Shown here: positions 23,570-36,136 of the stretch, one piece after another
Layout: the number at the start of each line of letters is the position of its first letter
How positions within the stretch are numbered: the first letter of the stretch is position 1
Source of the DNA: Selaginella moellendorffii
Lineage: Eukaryota; Plantae; Lycopodiophyta
Length of the DNA: 64,000 nucleotides
Reading direction: 5' to 3'
Assembly (NCBI RefSeq): GCF_000143415.4
Contig: NW_003314262.1
Location: forward strand, 4,102,021 to 4,166,020
Program-made: the position numbers and the translations under genes
Notes under the pieces: model-generated
Seen by the model: only the letters and a program-made list of their open reading frames with translations
The model's database searches: none
What the model was told of the DNA's origin: nothing

Positions 23570-26331
23570 CTAGAGGTGGTCCTCGTACTCGATGAGCGGC
23601 GGGACGGCCTCCTTGATCCCCTTCCTCTTCCTGATCCCGGCCACGATCACCCCGGCCTGCGACGCCGGATCCAGGGGGTCGCTCGCCACCATCTCCCAGT
23701 GATCGAACACGCTCTGCGGGAACGCCTGCCCGGACGTGGCCGCTCGCAGCTGCGTCGAGAATCCAAACGACTCGATCACCGGGAGGTAGGCCTTGATGCT
23801 GTAGAGCGGCGTGCCGGGCCTCCGGAGCTCCTCGAAGACGTGGCCGCGCTTCTGGTTGAGCACGCTGTAGATGCCACCCAGCGCCGCCTCGGGCGCCTGG
23901 ATCTCCACCAGGTAGACGGGCTCCAGCAGCCTCGGGTTGGCGCACAGCTGCGCCGCGTACATGACCCTCCTGGCCGTCGGCATGATCTGTCCGCCACCCC
24001 TGTGGATCGCGTCCGAGTGGAGCACCACGTCGCACACCTCGAAGCCAATGCCGCGCATGCTCTCCCCGGCGATGGCTCCCTCCTTGGACACGATCTGGAA
24101 CGCCGCCACCACCGAGTCCTTGATCTCGTTCAGGTACTGGACTCCCTTGCACGCGTCCACCACCAGGTTTGGCCCGCTCGTCTCGGGCCCAAAGCTCCAG
24201 ATCTTCCTCGCCTGGTCCTTGTCCCAGCTGAACTCCTCGGCCATGATCTTGGAGCGGAGCTTGGGGTCGTCCCTGGGCCCGATCCTCCCCTCGTCGATGG
24301 CGTCGGCGAGCCCGTCCTCGAGGGGACGAGCCTCGAAGTAGAGCCGGTTGTGCTTGTTGGGGGACTTGCTCATCACCTGCCGGGACCTCTCCAGCACCGT
24401 CTCCCGGAACGACACCACCGGATCCGAGACCTTGATCGCAGTCTGCATGAACTCGCTCTGCAGGTCCTTGAGGCAGATCTCCAGGTGAAGCTCGCCAGCG
24501 CCGGCGACGATGTGCTCGCCAGACTCGTCAATGCTGCACTGCACCATGGGATCCGACTTGGCTAGGCGTTTGAGTCCCTCCGCCAGTTTTGGCAGGTCCG
24601 CGGCGTTCTCGCACTGGACAGCAACCCGGACGACTGGAGAGACCGAGAACTTCATGGCCCGTATCGGATGAGCGTCCACCTCACTCTCGTTGGTCAGGGT
24701 GGCATTCTTGACGATGAACTGGTCCAGCCCGACCATGGCAGCGTTGTTGCCGCAGGGGACGTCATCCACCGTTTCTTGCTTCTTTCCCATCCAGATGTGT
24801 GTCCTCTGGACGCTCCTCACGTACAAGTCAGTCTTCCCCCCGGGAACATACGCCGGTCCCATGATACGCACTTTCATCCCCGTAGCCACAGTGCCCGAGA
24901 AGACTCTTCCAAAAGCGTAGAACCGGCCGTTGTCGTTAGCCGGGATCATCTTGGAAACGTAGACCATAAGAGGACCCTTAGGATCACAGTTCCTGATGGC
25001 AGCAGCGTACTTGTCGTCCAAAGGCCCCTCGTAGAGATTTTCCACGCGATACTTCTGGGCCACCACTGGTGACGGGAGGTGGTAGATGATCATTTCCAGC
25101 AGCGCATCGCTCGCGGGCAGCCACAGTTGCATGACACGCTTCATTAGAGCTTTCCCGGATTTTTGCTTGTCTTCGCCCTTCAAGGTAACGTTAAGCTTCT
25201 GAAGCATTGGCCTGTCCACAATAACACAAAGCTATTAGTGTGACTAGAAAAACGAAGAAACAATCTAGCTTACAAGAGCTTGTCCATCTGGTCGTTCACC
25301 GCGATGTCGATGATCTGCTTGATAGGATTGTAGATGAACTGCACGAACCCACGCGTACAAGTGGGAGAGCCAGTGTTCCTGGTCGTCCACTTCTTTGTCG
25401 CAGGATCAAAGTAGTTCTCGCCCCACAGCTTCTCGACCATCTTCTTCTCGTCCACCTTAAACTTCGACGCATACATCTTCGCGAAGGTCGTGAGAGTGAA
25501 GCCCCAGCCGTGCAAACCAGCCCCAAAGCCCACCGTGCCTCTCTCCGGGTAGACCTGGACATCGCCGAGAAGCTTGTCCTCGTAAGTCGACAAGATCACG
25601 TTGGCGTTCTCGATCACGCGCTGGAAAGTCTGGTAAGCCTCCTCTCCGTCGAGCTGGAGCTCCAGGAAGCAGCGATCCATCTTGTTGACGACCAGGACGG
25701 GCTTGATCCTCTCCCCCAGCGCCTGCCGTAGAACAGTCTCGGTCTGGACGCAAACCCCTTCCACGCAGTCGACCACCACCAGAGCGCCATCGGTGATCCT
25801 CAGCGCCGCGGTGACCTCGGAGGAGAAGTCTACGTGCCCGGGAGAGTCGACAAGGTTGATCAGGTACTCGTTCCCGTCGCGGCTCCCCCGGAAATCTTGA
25901 GGGAAGAAAGAAAGAAACTCGCTTTGCTTAGAAAGAATCCCGGCCTCGATCTGGAAGAAAGAACCTACCTTTCAGGGCCGCGTCCGGCATCGTGTACAAG
26001 AGGGAAATCCCCGTGGACTTGATCGTGATCCCGCGATCCACCTCGTCCTTGCGCGTATCGGTCATGCGGACATTGCCGGCGTTGTCGAGCGAGATGAATC
26101 CAGCGGCCGCGACCAGCGAATCCGTGAGTGTGGATTTCCCTGCGCGCCTGGGCATGAGAATCGACAAGGACACAGAGATTTGTCGCCGCCTCACCGTGAT
26201 CGACATGCGCAATCACCGAGAGGTTCCGGATGTTGTGCGTCTTGTCCATGATCCGCCGCATTTCCTTGGCCTGGAAAGAAATCGATCAGCCGCGCATCGA
26301 TCCATCGCAAGAAAGAAATGGCGCTCACCAT
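23570..26331 (-). CDS. EEF2: Eukaryotic translation elongation factor 2 (divergent paralog)
   Basis: ATG-only first coding exon (26329-26331); [33 protein letters not shown]; diphthamide loop [12 protein letters not shown]. Confidence 0.95.
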
Positions 26332-26429
26332 TTTCAAGAAGCTCAAGAACAAACTCCCTAGTGAATAAACCCTAAGGCTCGAATTTATGGTTCAAGCTAT
26401 TTCTTTAGCCACAAGTAAGGCATCATTTA

Positions 26430-27720
26430 AGCATATTCGTATTTTTCCCGCCTATAACGCTTGTCTCCAGAAAAACGAAGTATGGAAGAACTCTTGAGAG
26501 ATGGAAGAAATTCTTTAAGATACAAGAGAGCTCCCATATATCCTTGTGGCCACGATCACGCGAGAGCTTCTCCACAATTCTCAAGCTCCAGCGAAGAACA
26601 CGGTCTCCAAAGAGCGTTCTTGCCATCCCCGACACCAGGTCTTTGTCACCATCGTCAGACCTTGCGTTTCTATCCAGTGGAAACCGCAGCATCGTGGAGG
26701 ATTGGGGCGGATATGTGGCCTCTCCCACGAGGAGATTGCATGGCATGCACTGGACTTGTAGCGATGCTCCACCTCTTGGAAAGATTTCTCGTCGAGATGC
26801 ATGGCGGCCTCGGCTGTTCTTGCGCGAACTCGCGCCTCGAGAGCAGCGATGAGCGCTCCATCGCTCTTTTGGAGATACTCTCGCCTAAGCTTGCGGGCTC
26901 TGCGACCTTGGCCTCGCAGCTCCAGCCACTCACACTTCTGTTCGACGTGGGACTTGAACGCTGCGGCGCTTGATCTCGTGATCTTATTCTTGGCGGTGAC
27001 CCGGACGAAACCCACTGGATCGATCTCTCCCGAAGCCCACCATTTGAGTCCAACGGCAATGCACGGGATCTTGTCCATCCTCCCTGCTCGTATGTTGCAC
27101 ACCGCGGCGGCACAGCCGTAGTAGAACATCTCGAAGGCATCTCCGGCCATTCATCCGTGCCTCTTCCACCCAAAACTCCCAGAGTTATGTGCTGGTTGAT
27201 GGCGCGGTCACGTCCATACATCCGGAGGAGGACTGCCTCGTTCGTGAAACTCTTGGCTTGCTCATCGAGAGGAAAGAACTCGGACAAGTCACGGCCCGCT
27301 GGAGCAGGCTGATCGAGTTGAAAAGCAAGGGAAGGACGAGGATGGAGAAGTTTACGATGAAGCTAGAAATGACAAAGAAGAAGACGAAGATGGTGAATAA
27401 CTTCTTTGCAAACTCTCCAACGCTCTTGTCATCCTGGAAGGAATCAACACCTGGATTGTCGTAGCACTCTTCGAGGCGCTCTGAGGCAGAGAGGTGAATG
27501 CCGCAAGGAAGTGACCGACAATCGGCCGGTATCCGACCTCTGTCCGTGCTGGATCGAAAGCATTCCCCGACAACTCCATCTGGAAAGCCATCCCCTTGAG
27601 CGAAAACATGACAACGTCCTTACCGATCCTTTTCGAAACTTTTCACTGCATGATCCTGGCTGGACATCAAGCAATGGCTGAGCAAGCTGTAGCAAGTCCT
27701 TGGCCATTCGGGTTATATCC
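26430..27720 (-). pseudogene. Frameshifted coding-like relic of an unidentified membrane protein
   Basis: Coding-like GC content; protein-like stretches switch between three frames; hydrophobic stretch KLFTIFVFFFVISSFIVNFSILVLPLLF; acceptor at ~27721; family not recognised. Confidence 0.4.
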
Positions 27721-27876
27721 TACACAACAATCATCCAAACCTTTTGTTCCGGTAACCCTACAAAAGATATTCTAACCTTTTGAGTATATCAGAAGCAAAG
27801 ATGAGTGAGAAATAGAAGAGAAATACCTTTGGTTTCATCCTCTTCGAACAAATCTGGAACTCTTGTTGGTAGATCT

Positions 27877-29252
27877 TCATACCCAGGGAAGTAGTTTAAC
27901 ATCCGGGGCCATGGGAAACGTCTCTTGTTCCTCTGAACGAAAAGCTGGACAATACGAGTGAACAGGAGCGGGCTTGGAGGAGAATCGTCGTAAGTGTCAT
28001 TCTCTGTGTTACAAGTTCAAGCGTTTCTAGAGGAACGATATATAGAAAACTAGAATACCTGGAATAGTCAAGCGGAAGTCCACGTTGGGTGCCGCTGCTA
28101 GCAAAACTTTTGTTACCTCCTCGACAGCATCCTCTTCCTCCTCATCAAGCTCGTAAAGCTCATCAAACTTGGAACTCAACAGCCGGACTTCCAAAACTTG
28201 GAGCTTCTCGAGGTTGAGCTTTGTGTGTTTGTTGCTCCTGAATGCCTGCTCACCAACAAACAAATTCATTTAGTGAAGGCATGAGTGATCAGTAAGATGC
28301 AAAGCTTACTCTCAACATGCTCATGTTCATGCTCAGCTCTCAGATTTTAGGAAAGTGCATGAGAAACTCCATGATGCATAACGACTCTTGGCCATATGAA
28401 AATCCTGGAAAAAGTTTCAGACATTCCAACTGCAGCATCTTCCCGAGGAAAGACCATAAATATGATTCCAGCACTTCAAGTGAAAAATAACTTCCCACTA
28501 CTTCCAATGTGCGTAAAAAACCGAGTGGAGAAGGAATCACCTCTACCTTGTCTATGTAAGAGAAACCAAGGAGCAGCCTCTCAAGGTTATTACCCTGTAG
28601 AAGTAATCTTCCCCTCGTATTTGTCAGTGCCACACCTTTGAGCTTTGGAGCATTAACAGTGAAGATGCCTTCGCAAAACTCTAGCTCCAAAAAGTTCATG
28701 TTGGGGTTGTGTAACTCGCAAGCACAAGTACTCCAAAAGCGTTCCCGTGCTCACAAACTCCTCCAATTCTCTCTTGGCACTCTCGCTTTTGCCCCGAAAG
28801 TCTAGAATGCATCGCTTGAGCCTCGCCAAGCGTGGGAGGGATTTGAATTGGACAGTTGAACTGATGGAGAGCTCTTCGAGGTGTGGAGATGCTAAGGACA
28901 GGAAGGAGAGATCTAGTTCTACTTCTTGGACACACAAAAGCCTCGGCGTGAAGAGATGGTTGCTGTTGCGCACTAGTGCCTCCCAGACTGCTGGATGGAA
29001 GCGATGAAGTAAAAGCTCTTCCAGACTGCGGAATGATTCAAGGAAACAGCAAAGCATTCGGCGGCGATACGGGTGGAACCCGTATGGCAAGTACCCTGGC
29101 TCTTCAAAGCGAGATATATCCCTGAAAGCCTCCCTCCACAACTTACATACCCTTCGAATTGCGATGAGCGAGTACATATCTTGCAGTTTGTTGAAAATCC
29201 ACACAAGGAGTTCCAAAGGAAGACGCTCTATTGCGTTCGAAGATGGAGCCAT
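27877..29252 (-). pseudogene. F-box/LRR (FBD-like) gene with a frameshift and a premature stop
   Basis: F-box IERLPLELLVWIF...VCKLWR; LRR-like repeats; frame change at ~28700; in-frame TGA at 28340-28342; the last exon is inferred. Confidence 0.8.
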
Positions 29253-29841
29253 GGGAAGAACCCTAGAATATTTTACTTAGGCTAAATTCTGCATTATCTC
29301 ATGCACTGGAACCTCGAGTTGCTTGCTTGGTTTTCTCACAGCGTCCTTTGCTTTGGTCAGCCAACCAAGTGGAGGTTTGTGTTTTGGGACTGTGGCATAC
29401 ACATCTTCATCACAAGCAATTCCACACATTTAGTGCCCGATCACCATAGTCGAGCTCCATCTTCAATCTGCGGCAAAGCACAACGAATAATACAGCAATT
29501 GCAAGCTCTACAAAGTTGTTTTTAAGCTGATTTTCTTAATTCCACAAGAAAAAGCAAAAGGCCAGAGCTAGTTGGTATTGTTTAAGCTAAATGCATACAA
29601 CGCCTTCTTGGTCGTAACTAGATGGAAAGTGATTACTTGTCAGTCAGCCTTCCTTCAATTCTATTGTCCACGAATGCTAGATCTGGTTATTTGATAGTTA
29701 CATGGTGAAGAACTAATGTATCGATGGATGAGAAAGGCCATGCAAGTCTAGAGGTGCTAGATTGTCCTAGACTCCCTTTATAAGCCCAATCCATTTCCCT
29801 CTCAACAGTGTCTCATGTCAAGGATATTTTTCTCTCATTCC

Positions 29842-30340
29842 ATGGCGGCAACAATGCTGGCAATTCTCATCACCCTCTTTGCCTTTGCGTGCTCACCAAA
29901 ACCACTCGTTCGCGCTGCATGAGGACATGCTCCAGGAAGTTTGTGTTGCGGACAACAACAGCACTATCACCATCAATGGCAAGGTTTGCAAGCCCATGGC
30001 AGCCGAGGACTTCAAGTTGGGTTTGCTCAGGAACCCGGGCAACACTGGCAACAGGCTCGGCTCCGCCGTCACCGCTGCAAACGTTGCCAATTTCCCTGAG
30101 CTCAACACTCTGGACATCTCATTTCTCTGGAGTCATTTGTGCTCCTTGACTACGCACCCGGCAGTGTCAATCCCCCACACGTCACCGAGCTCCTCTTCCT
30201 CGTCCAGGGAGCTCTCTATGTTGGCTTCGTCAGCTCTTCGTGCAGACCATGTATTCCGGCGAGCTGTTCGTGTTCCCCCTGGAATGTTTCACTTCCAGAT
30301 CAATGTGCCACGTGCCGCCACTCCTTTTTGGGAAAAAGGA
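29842..30340 (+). pseudogene. Germin-like protein pseudogene
   Basis: Matches 41053-41724, including upstream sequence, but has frameshifts, a deletion in the germin box and a 3' truncation. Confidence 0.9.
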
Positions 30341-30391
30341 TAATTCATTGTATAAATCTAGGTTTCTGTAAAGGATTTTACATTGTAGTAG

Positions 30392-31189
30392 ATGGCGTTA
30401 AAGGATATGAGCTCAGTTGCGTGCATACCGCACAGATCTCATGGAGAGTTGTGTCTTCGGAAGCCTCACAGATCAAAAGTTTTTCCTATGGAGGGAGAGA
30501 TTGATTGGATGGAAGATAACGATCATTATTATGAGTTGCTAAAAGCCAAGTTAAGGTTTGATATGTGGAAAGAGAAGGAAAGAGTGTTTACTGAACAACA
30601 AAAAAAGTTTTTAAGTCAATGTCGAGATTACTTTGTTGCCGGACTTTTGATCCTTACGGGTTTCTTATGTGTTAACTGTCTTATTCTTAAGGAGAATAGC
30701 TTTTACAATTGCTATTATGGTTATAATGAGGTATGTAAAATTGTGTGAATTAATTTTTTTCTAATACTTCAATGTCTTTTCCAGGGATCTATACTCAAAT
30801 ATGGGTATTGCTTCATCACAGAGATGAGCAGTGGAATGTTTAGCATCATTTGTATGATAAATATGATGCTTTACATTGTGTGGATTTATTTTACGAGTGA
30901 TATCAAACCCATCACCTTGTTTGTTAGTGGAGGTTTAGTGGGAGGGATGAATGTCGGGACCACAATAATTTCACTCAAGGGTCATTGGCCGGGTTGGATT
31001 TTAACATGGATCATCTATACTGGACTTCACACCATTCCAAATATATGCACTGCTCAATCAGTTCATTTCCTCAACAAGAACAAAAGGTGGAAGCTAATAT
31101 TTCATTTGATTATGGGCTTGATCATTCCATTTCTCATGGGGGCAACAATGACACTTGTGGAGCTCCTGTGCGTAAAGTCGACATTCTGA
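30392..31189 (+). CDS. Orphan two-exon polytopic membrane protein (~247 aa, about 5 TM)
   Basis: Exons 30392-30730 and 30785-31189 are joined in frame by a phase-0 54-nt GT-AG intron; several hydrophobic segments. Confidence 0.65.
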
Positions 31190-31710
31190 ATCTGTGGCAA
31201 TACAACGAGCAGTTTATGCTTCAAGTGGTGATAGAGGAGTGAGGTTACTTTAGACAGAATTCTTCTAATTAAAGGTTTATTTCTTACCAAGTACAGCTAC
31301 ACTGGAATAAATTAGAAATAAATTTATAAAGATGTTTTAAAATGATAGAAAAATTGTTCAATCAAGAAATAATGCTACAAATTTGACATACATATATTAA
31401 TATATATAAAATGTTAGAATATATTACATGTTATTTAGATTATCGATAGGATAGTGGACTATAATATTTCAGAACAAGCTAAGAGATGCAATACATGAGA
31501 ATAACCATGTTATCATGTGAATAATCTGTAAGGATTCAAAATTGAATAAGATCTTGGCATTTATGTTTCTGATTCCAAGATTTTATAAAAAAGAATGTGC
31601 CTTTTATCTAATATTTACTTAACTAAATAGAACTAAAACATGATAATTTATATGATAATATTTTCTTAGAAAATGGATTGAGAGACTGCTGGCTAAATTG
31701 ATCAATCAGT

Positions 31711-32760
31711 TCAAAGCGCTAAGAAGAAAGCAAGATGGAGTTTTAAGAAAATAAGCTTTGCCAATGCATCACACCCTCTAATAGAACTTACAATACATGT
31801 TCTTCCACTATTTTCTTTTTCTCTAACTCTTTTCTTCACATTAATGTGAAGTCTCCTTCCAGATTGCTCCTCGATCTCCTTCTCATCAGCCTCGAGCTTG
31901 CAAAGCTCTAGCATTCTCTCATTGATGAGATTTCATACTAATTCATACTTGTTTGCATTTGGCAGCATTCGAAACAATCTCTTGAGGATATATGTGTGAT
32001 AATTGGCTTCTGGACGATTCTGAAGTGCTGGTATATCTAGAGCATATGGAAGCAAGCGTCTCCATGGTCATATTGTCCTTTTGCTACTAACCTATGAGCT
32101 ATCAAGGCAAACAATACGAAAATTCAATTCATTATTTCCCAGGAACTCACTATCCAAAAACCCATTGACACAAAATGAGATGAGCCATCAAGCCAAATAA
32201 TGCCACAAAAATTTCTTCATAGATTTGCTAGAAATCGTAGAGCTCACTGGCAAGTTGTTCAGGGAACTCCTGCGACCAAAGAGCTCCTGGAATCTCCACA
32301 AAGTTGACTGCTCCCTTGGCACCTAAGGAGCTTCCATCTCGGCTCTAGAACGCCTTGAAAACAATCATCATCTTTCTGCCAAAGAGCTCTATGATTAAAT
32401 TCCCGGCTCTTCACTGGATCGAGCAGGCTAGTGAGGAAGGTGGCTGGACCGTAGCAAGCTTCTGGGAGCAGAGAGAGGCAACTGTCGACAATGGCATCAG
32501 TCACATTGCTCAACTCCCAGTAGACGTGTTTTCCTATGTTGCTTTGGCTTCTCACAAGTGCGTTATAAAGAGCCCAGCCATGGCAGTATCTCACAAAGCT
32601 CCTCCATACCTGGGCATAAACAATATAGAGTTAAGCAAGTGAAAAAAGATTTTGGAACTAAGCACTACTTTGAAAAGACAAAGTTCATAAGAGACAATTT
32701 ACAACTTAGCATTCCAACTGAACCAGCAATCTACTTGAGGTACACAAATACTTCCAATCA
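31711..32760 (-). pseudogene. Degenerate coding-like fragment, unidentified
   Basis: Higher GC than its flanks; short interrupted ORFs; no recognisable family. Confidence 0.3.
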
Positions 32761-32799
32761 TCATTTTTGATTCAAATAAGCACGACCCTCAAAACCAAT

Positions 32800-33157
32800 T
32801 CCCTGAAAGAAATTCCTTGGGTTTTTAAAGGGGGGGGGAACCAAAAAAAAGGTCCAAAAAAGGGGGGGGGGAATTTGGGAAAAAAAAGGGGGGTTTGGGG
32901 GGAAGGGATTTTTGGTTTTTTTCCAAGGAAAGGGGGGGGGAGGGAAAAACCGGGTTTTATTTTTTTGGGGGGTTTAAAGGGTTTGGGAAAAGATTAATTT
33001 TTAAACCCCAAAAAAAAGGGGGCTGGGGGCCAAATTTTTAAATTTTTTAGGGGGGGGGGACCCCTTAAGGGTGGGGGGTTTTAAAAGGGGTTTGGGGAAG
33101 GCAAAAAAAAATGGGTTTAAAAAGGGGGCCCCCCCCCCCCCCCCCCCCCCTCCCCCC

Positions 33158-33160
<3 letters not shown>
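32800..33160. other. Probable low-quality sequencing artefact (homopolymer-inflated read tail)
   Basis: Almost entirely long runs of G, A, T or C next to a (CT)n tract. Confidence 0.8.

Positions 33161-33163
<3 letters not shown>

Positions 33164-33217
<54 letters not shown>
33164..33217. repeat. (CT)n microsatellite
   Basis: About 26 CT units. Confidence 0.95.
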
Positions 33218-33218
<1 letters not shown>

Positions 33219-33273
33219 CCAGTCTAAAGTCAAAAATTTATAAGAATGCTTTATTTATTTGTTAGATGGAGAA

Positions 33274-33600
33274 TAAAGCAACCAAAAAGAACAATTTAAA
33301 AAATAATATAAAGGTTAGAGAAAGGGCCTATAAATAAGAATGCTTCTTTCCTAATGAATTATGGGTTCTTGCGATATTTAGGGTTAAAAAGAATATTAAT
33401 ATTGGGCTAGGTTCAAAACGAATATTATTTTCTCCATTTGAATTATTGGGCTGATTAATCTTTCAAAAAGTCCAAATTCAAAAATTTACATTTAGTATAA
33501 AGAGGTATTGGGTCTGACTTTGTTGCTTAGCTAGAGGAATCACACTATATATCGAAGTTAACACCTAATGGTCCAATTTGCTTTAGCTAGGCTCAATTTG
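33274..33600 (+). mobile_element. Old, AT-shifted Cassandra relic (LTR, PBS and partial interior)
   Basis: AAGCAACCAAAAAGAAC..GAAAGGGCC..AAGTCCAAATTCAAAAATTTACA, then TTTAGTATAAAGAG (eroded PBS) and TCTGACTTTGTTGCTTAGCTAGAGGAATC; colinear with 8976-9300. Confidence 0.8.
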
Positions 33601-36036
33601 AGGGAACAAAGAAAATTGTTACTAGACAAATCAATATTATAAATACTTTTGCTTGTGCTGATTGTTATGTCTTACCATATTGCATCCTTAGTTTAGCATT
33701 AAGTAAATAGTCGTCCATGTAAAAAAAAAATATATAACAAGAGAATCAGCTTTGATACAGAGAAAGAACATACTTTTATTCTAGTATTACATGATTACTA
33801 CTTAAACACCCCCAAGATCTATAAAGTGCATATATTAATCCTAGTCTAATTTTGCTAGCACCCAAATAAAATGCAAGCTCTTGACCTACTTTACTAGAAT
33901 ATTGTGAGCAAGAGGAATGTAATACATAACCACAGAAAGGGAGTAGTTGCCAATGCATAGATATCACCTAAAACCTGCTCTTTTAAATATATAATGATGA
34001 TTTTAGTAATAAAAAAAACATGACTCATCTCACAGTAAGTATGACAGGTGAGCTCTTTAGGAAAGAGAAGAGGAATTATGGGCAAAAGAGCTCAATTTTG
34101 CAATGAATGCATCTTTTAGACTAACTAGTGTTTTCCATCAAAGTTTGTTACAACTAGGCACTTGAGTTTGGAATTTAAACTACATCAATCTAGATTTAAA
34201 TCAACAATATATATTCAAAATATAAATATTTATCTATGTTTTTTTTTCATAGATTGATGCAAGTATATATTATTACAGCATGAAGATATTACTACAGCAT
34301 GAAGTTGTTGCTTGAATTTTTAAAATTATAGCTTGGTTTACAATCATGGTTGAAATTCCTTTTTCTTTTACTAAATACAATTATATAACTTTCAATATTG
34401 TTTTGTAACACTATGAGGTAACCTTCTTCTTCACAATAATTTGTTCCATATTTCATATAATAACAATTGATTTATTTAATAGTAGTGCTTTTCCAGTTTA
34501 GTATTATCAATTGATGAATATGTAATTTAAGTTAAAATTCTTAAAGTTTTGTTAGAAAAGAAGTGGATATTATAAATTATTCATGACACATTTATGGGCA
34601 TAAAAGCAAACCACAATTTTCTTCAATAATTATAAACTAATTTATTTCTAAATTTAAAAAAATAAGAACTTAAATAAATACTTTTATAAAAATTATTTAA
34701 TAAGATTAAAAACTACATAATTTTGAGTAATTGGATTGAAGAAAAACCCTACTATTTGCTAGTTTAGTTATTAAATCTGGTCCAGTTATTTTGAAATGTG
34801 ACATAATCTTAACAATGAAATACTTTCTATAAAATTAGACCTATAAGGTCTATAAATATATATATTTATATACATGCATTAGTTGCCTAGGTGATACACT
34901 GAATATAGGACTATAGCATATAGATAATCTATTTGAGACTAAATTAGATCTATCCATTCTTGTAAATAAGTAGGGGTTTAAACTTTAATTAATATACCTA
35001 TTCTTATATCTTGAATACTCATATTGATGGAGGGGCATTGCAATCTGTCTCTAAAGAGCAAAGTTTTTGAGCAGTGTTTTGTTCAATGTTTGAGATTGTG
35101 TTTTTATTTTAATTCTTTCGTTCTCTTTTAGATCTAGATCTATATTAGTTTTTTTCTAGATTTAGGATTGTAGCTATTAGCTATTAACTATTCTTCTTTT
35201 TCAATCTCTATTATATTTTCTTCTTCTGCTATGCCATAATGTCATTGATTAATAAGTATATCACTTACAACTACTAATGTTACTCCATTAGATCGAGCTT
35301 TTGGTGCTATGCATATTAGTATTCTAGTTATCCTTGATGTATTGCTATTACCAACTTCCATTGGACATAATTACATAGTATCTTCTATTCTTACATGGTG
35401 TCTTCTATCTTGTATCCTAACATCTCCAACTAATCTAGGCATGACCATAATATTGATTGGAGAGTTATGAATGATGTAATTTATTTTTTGGAGAATATTT
35501 GAGGATTAAGTTTATGGGAAGATGATATTTACGAACTTGAATGGATTCTTACTAATGAGGGATTAGGATAACTTTGGAAACAAGTTGAAGATTTCACATG
35601 ATAGGTATCAATCTTTTAATCTATAATTTGATCCTTTCTCTTTGCATTCTAGTCTTTCCTAACCTTTTTTTATTTCTCAATTTGAGCCATCTTTTTATAT
35701 TTTTAGTGTTTCTTCCTCATTTATAGTTCTTTCTTTTGGCATGTTGGTTATATATGATTTTTATGATTCTCATTCTTAGTCCAATGATCCTCTTGATACT
35801 AATCTAGATGTTAAACATATACATGAAACTGAGAATCTTTCTTTTGTTACATTAGTGGAGTCTTTGATTAATTCTAGTATTAAATAGTTCTATGTTCTAA
35901 AGGTTGAATCACTATTGCCAAAGTTTTAAGTTGAGTATGTATCCCCGATTATGAGTGCCCCTAAGAATTTTTATTTTACCATTGTTACTAAAGAATTTAT
36001 ATGTTCCTTTGAGAGTATGGACTTTTATATTAATTT

Positions 36037-36136
36037 NNNNNNNNNNNNNNNNNNNNNNNNNNNNNNNNNNNNNNNNNNNNNNNNNNNNNNNNNNNNNNNN
36101 NNNNNNNNNNNNNNNNNNNNNNNNNNNNNNNNNNNN
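36037..36136. other. Assembly gap (100 N)
   Basis: Run of N. Confidence 1.

Noticed and set aside
23576-24565. Long antisense ORFs over eEF2 (similar ones over the GLPs, nsLTP and TM gene)
   Set aside because: Shadow ORFs expected from high-GC3 coding sequence.
32767-33265. Gly/Lys-rich ORFs and G-quadruplex-like tracts
   Set aside because: Homopolymer-inflated sequence next to (CT)n is typical of poor Sanger read ends.
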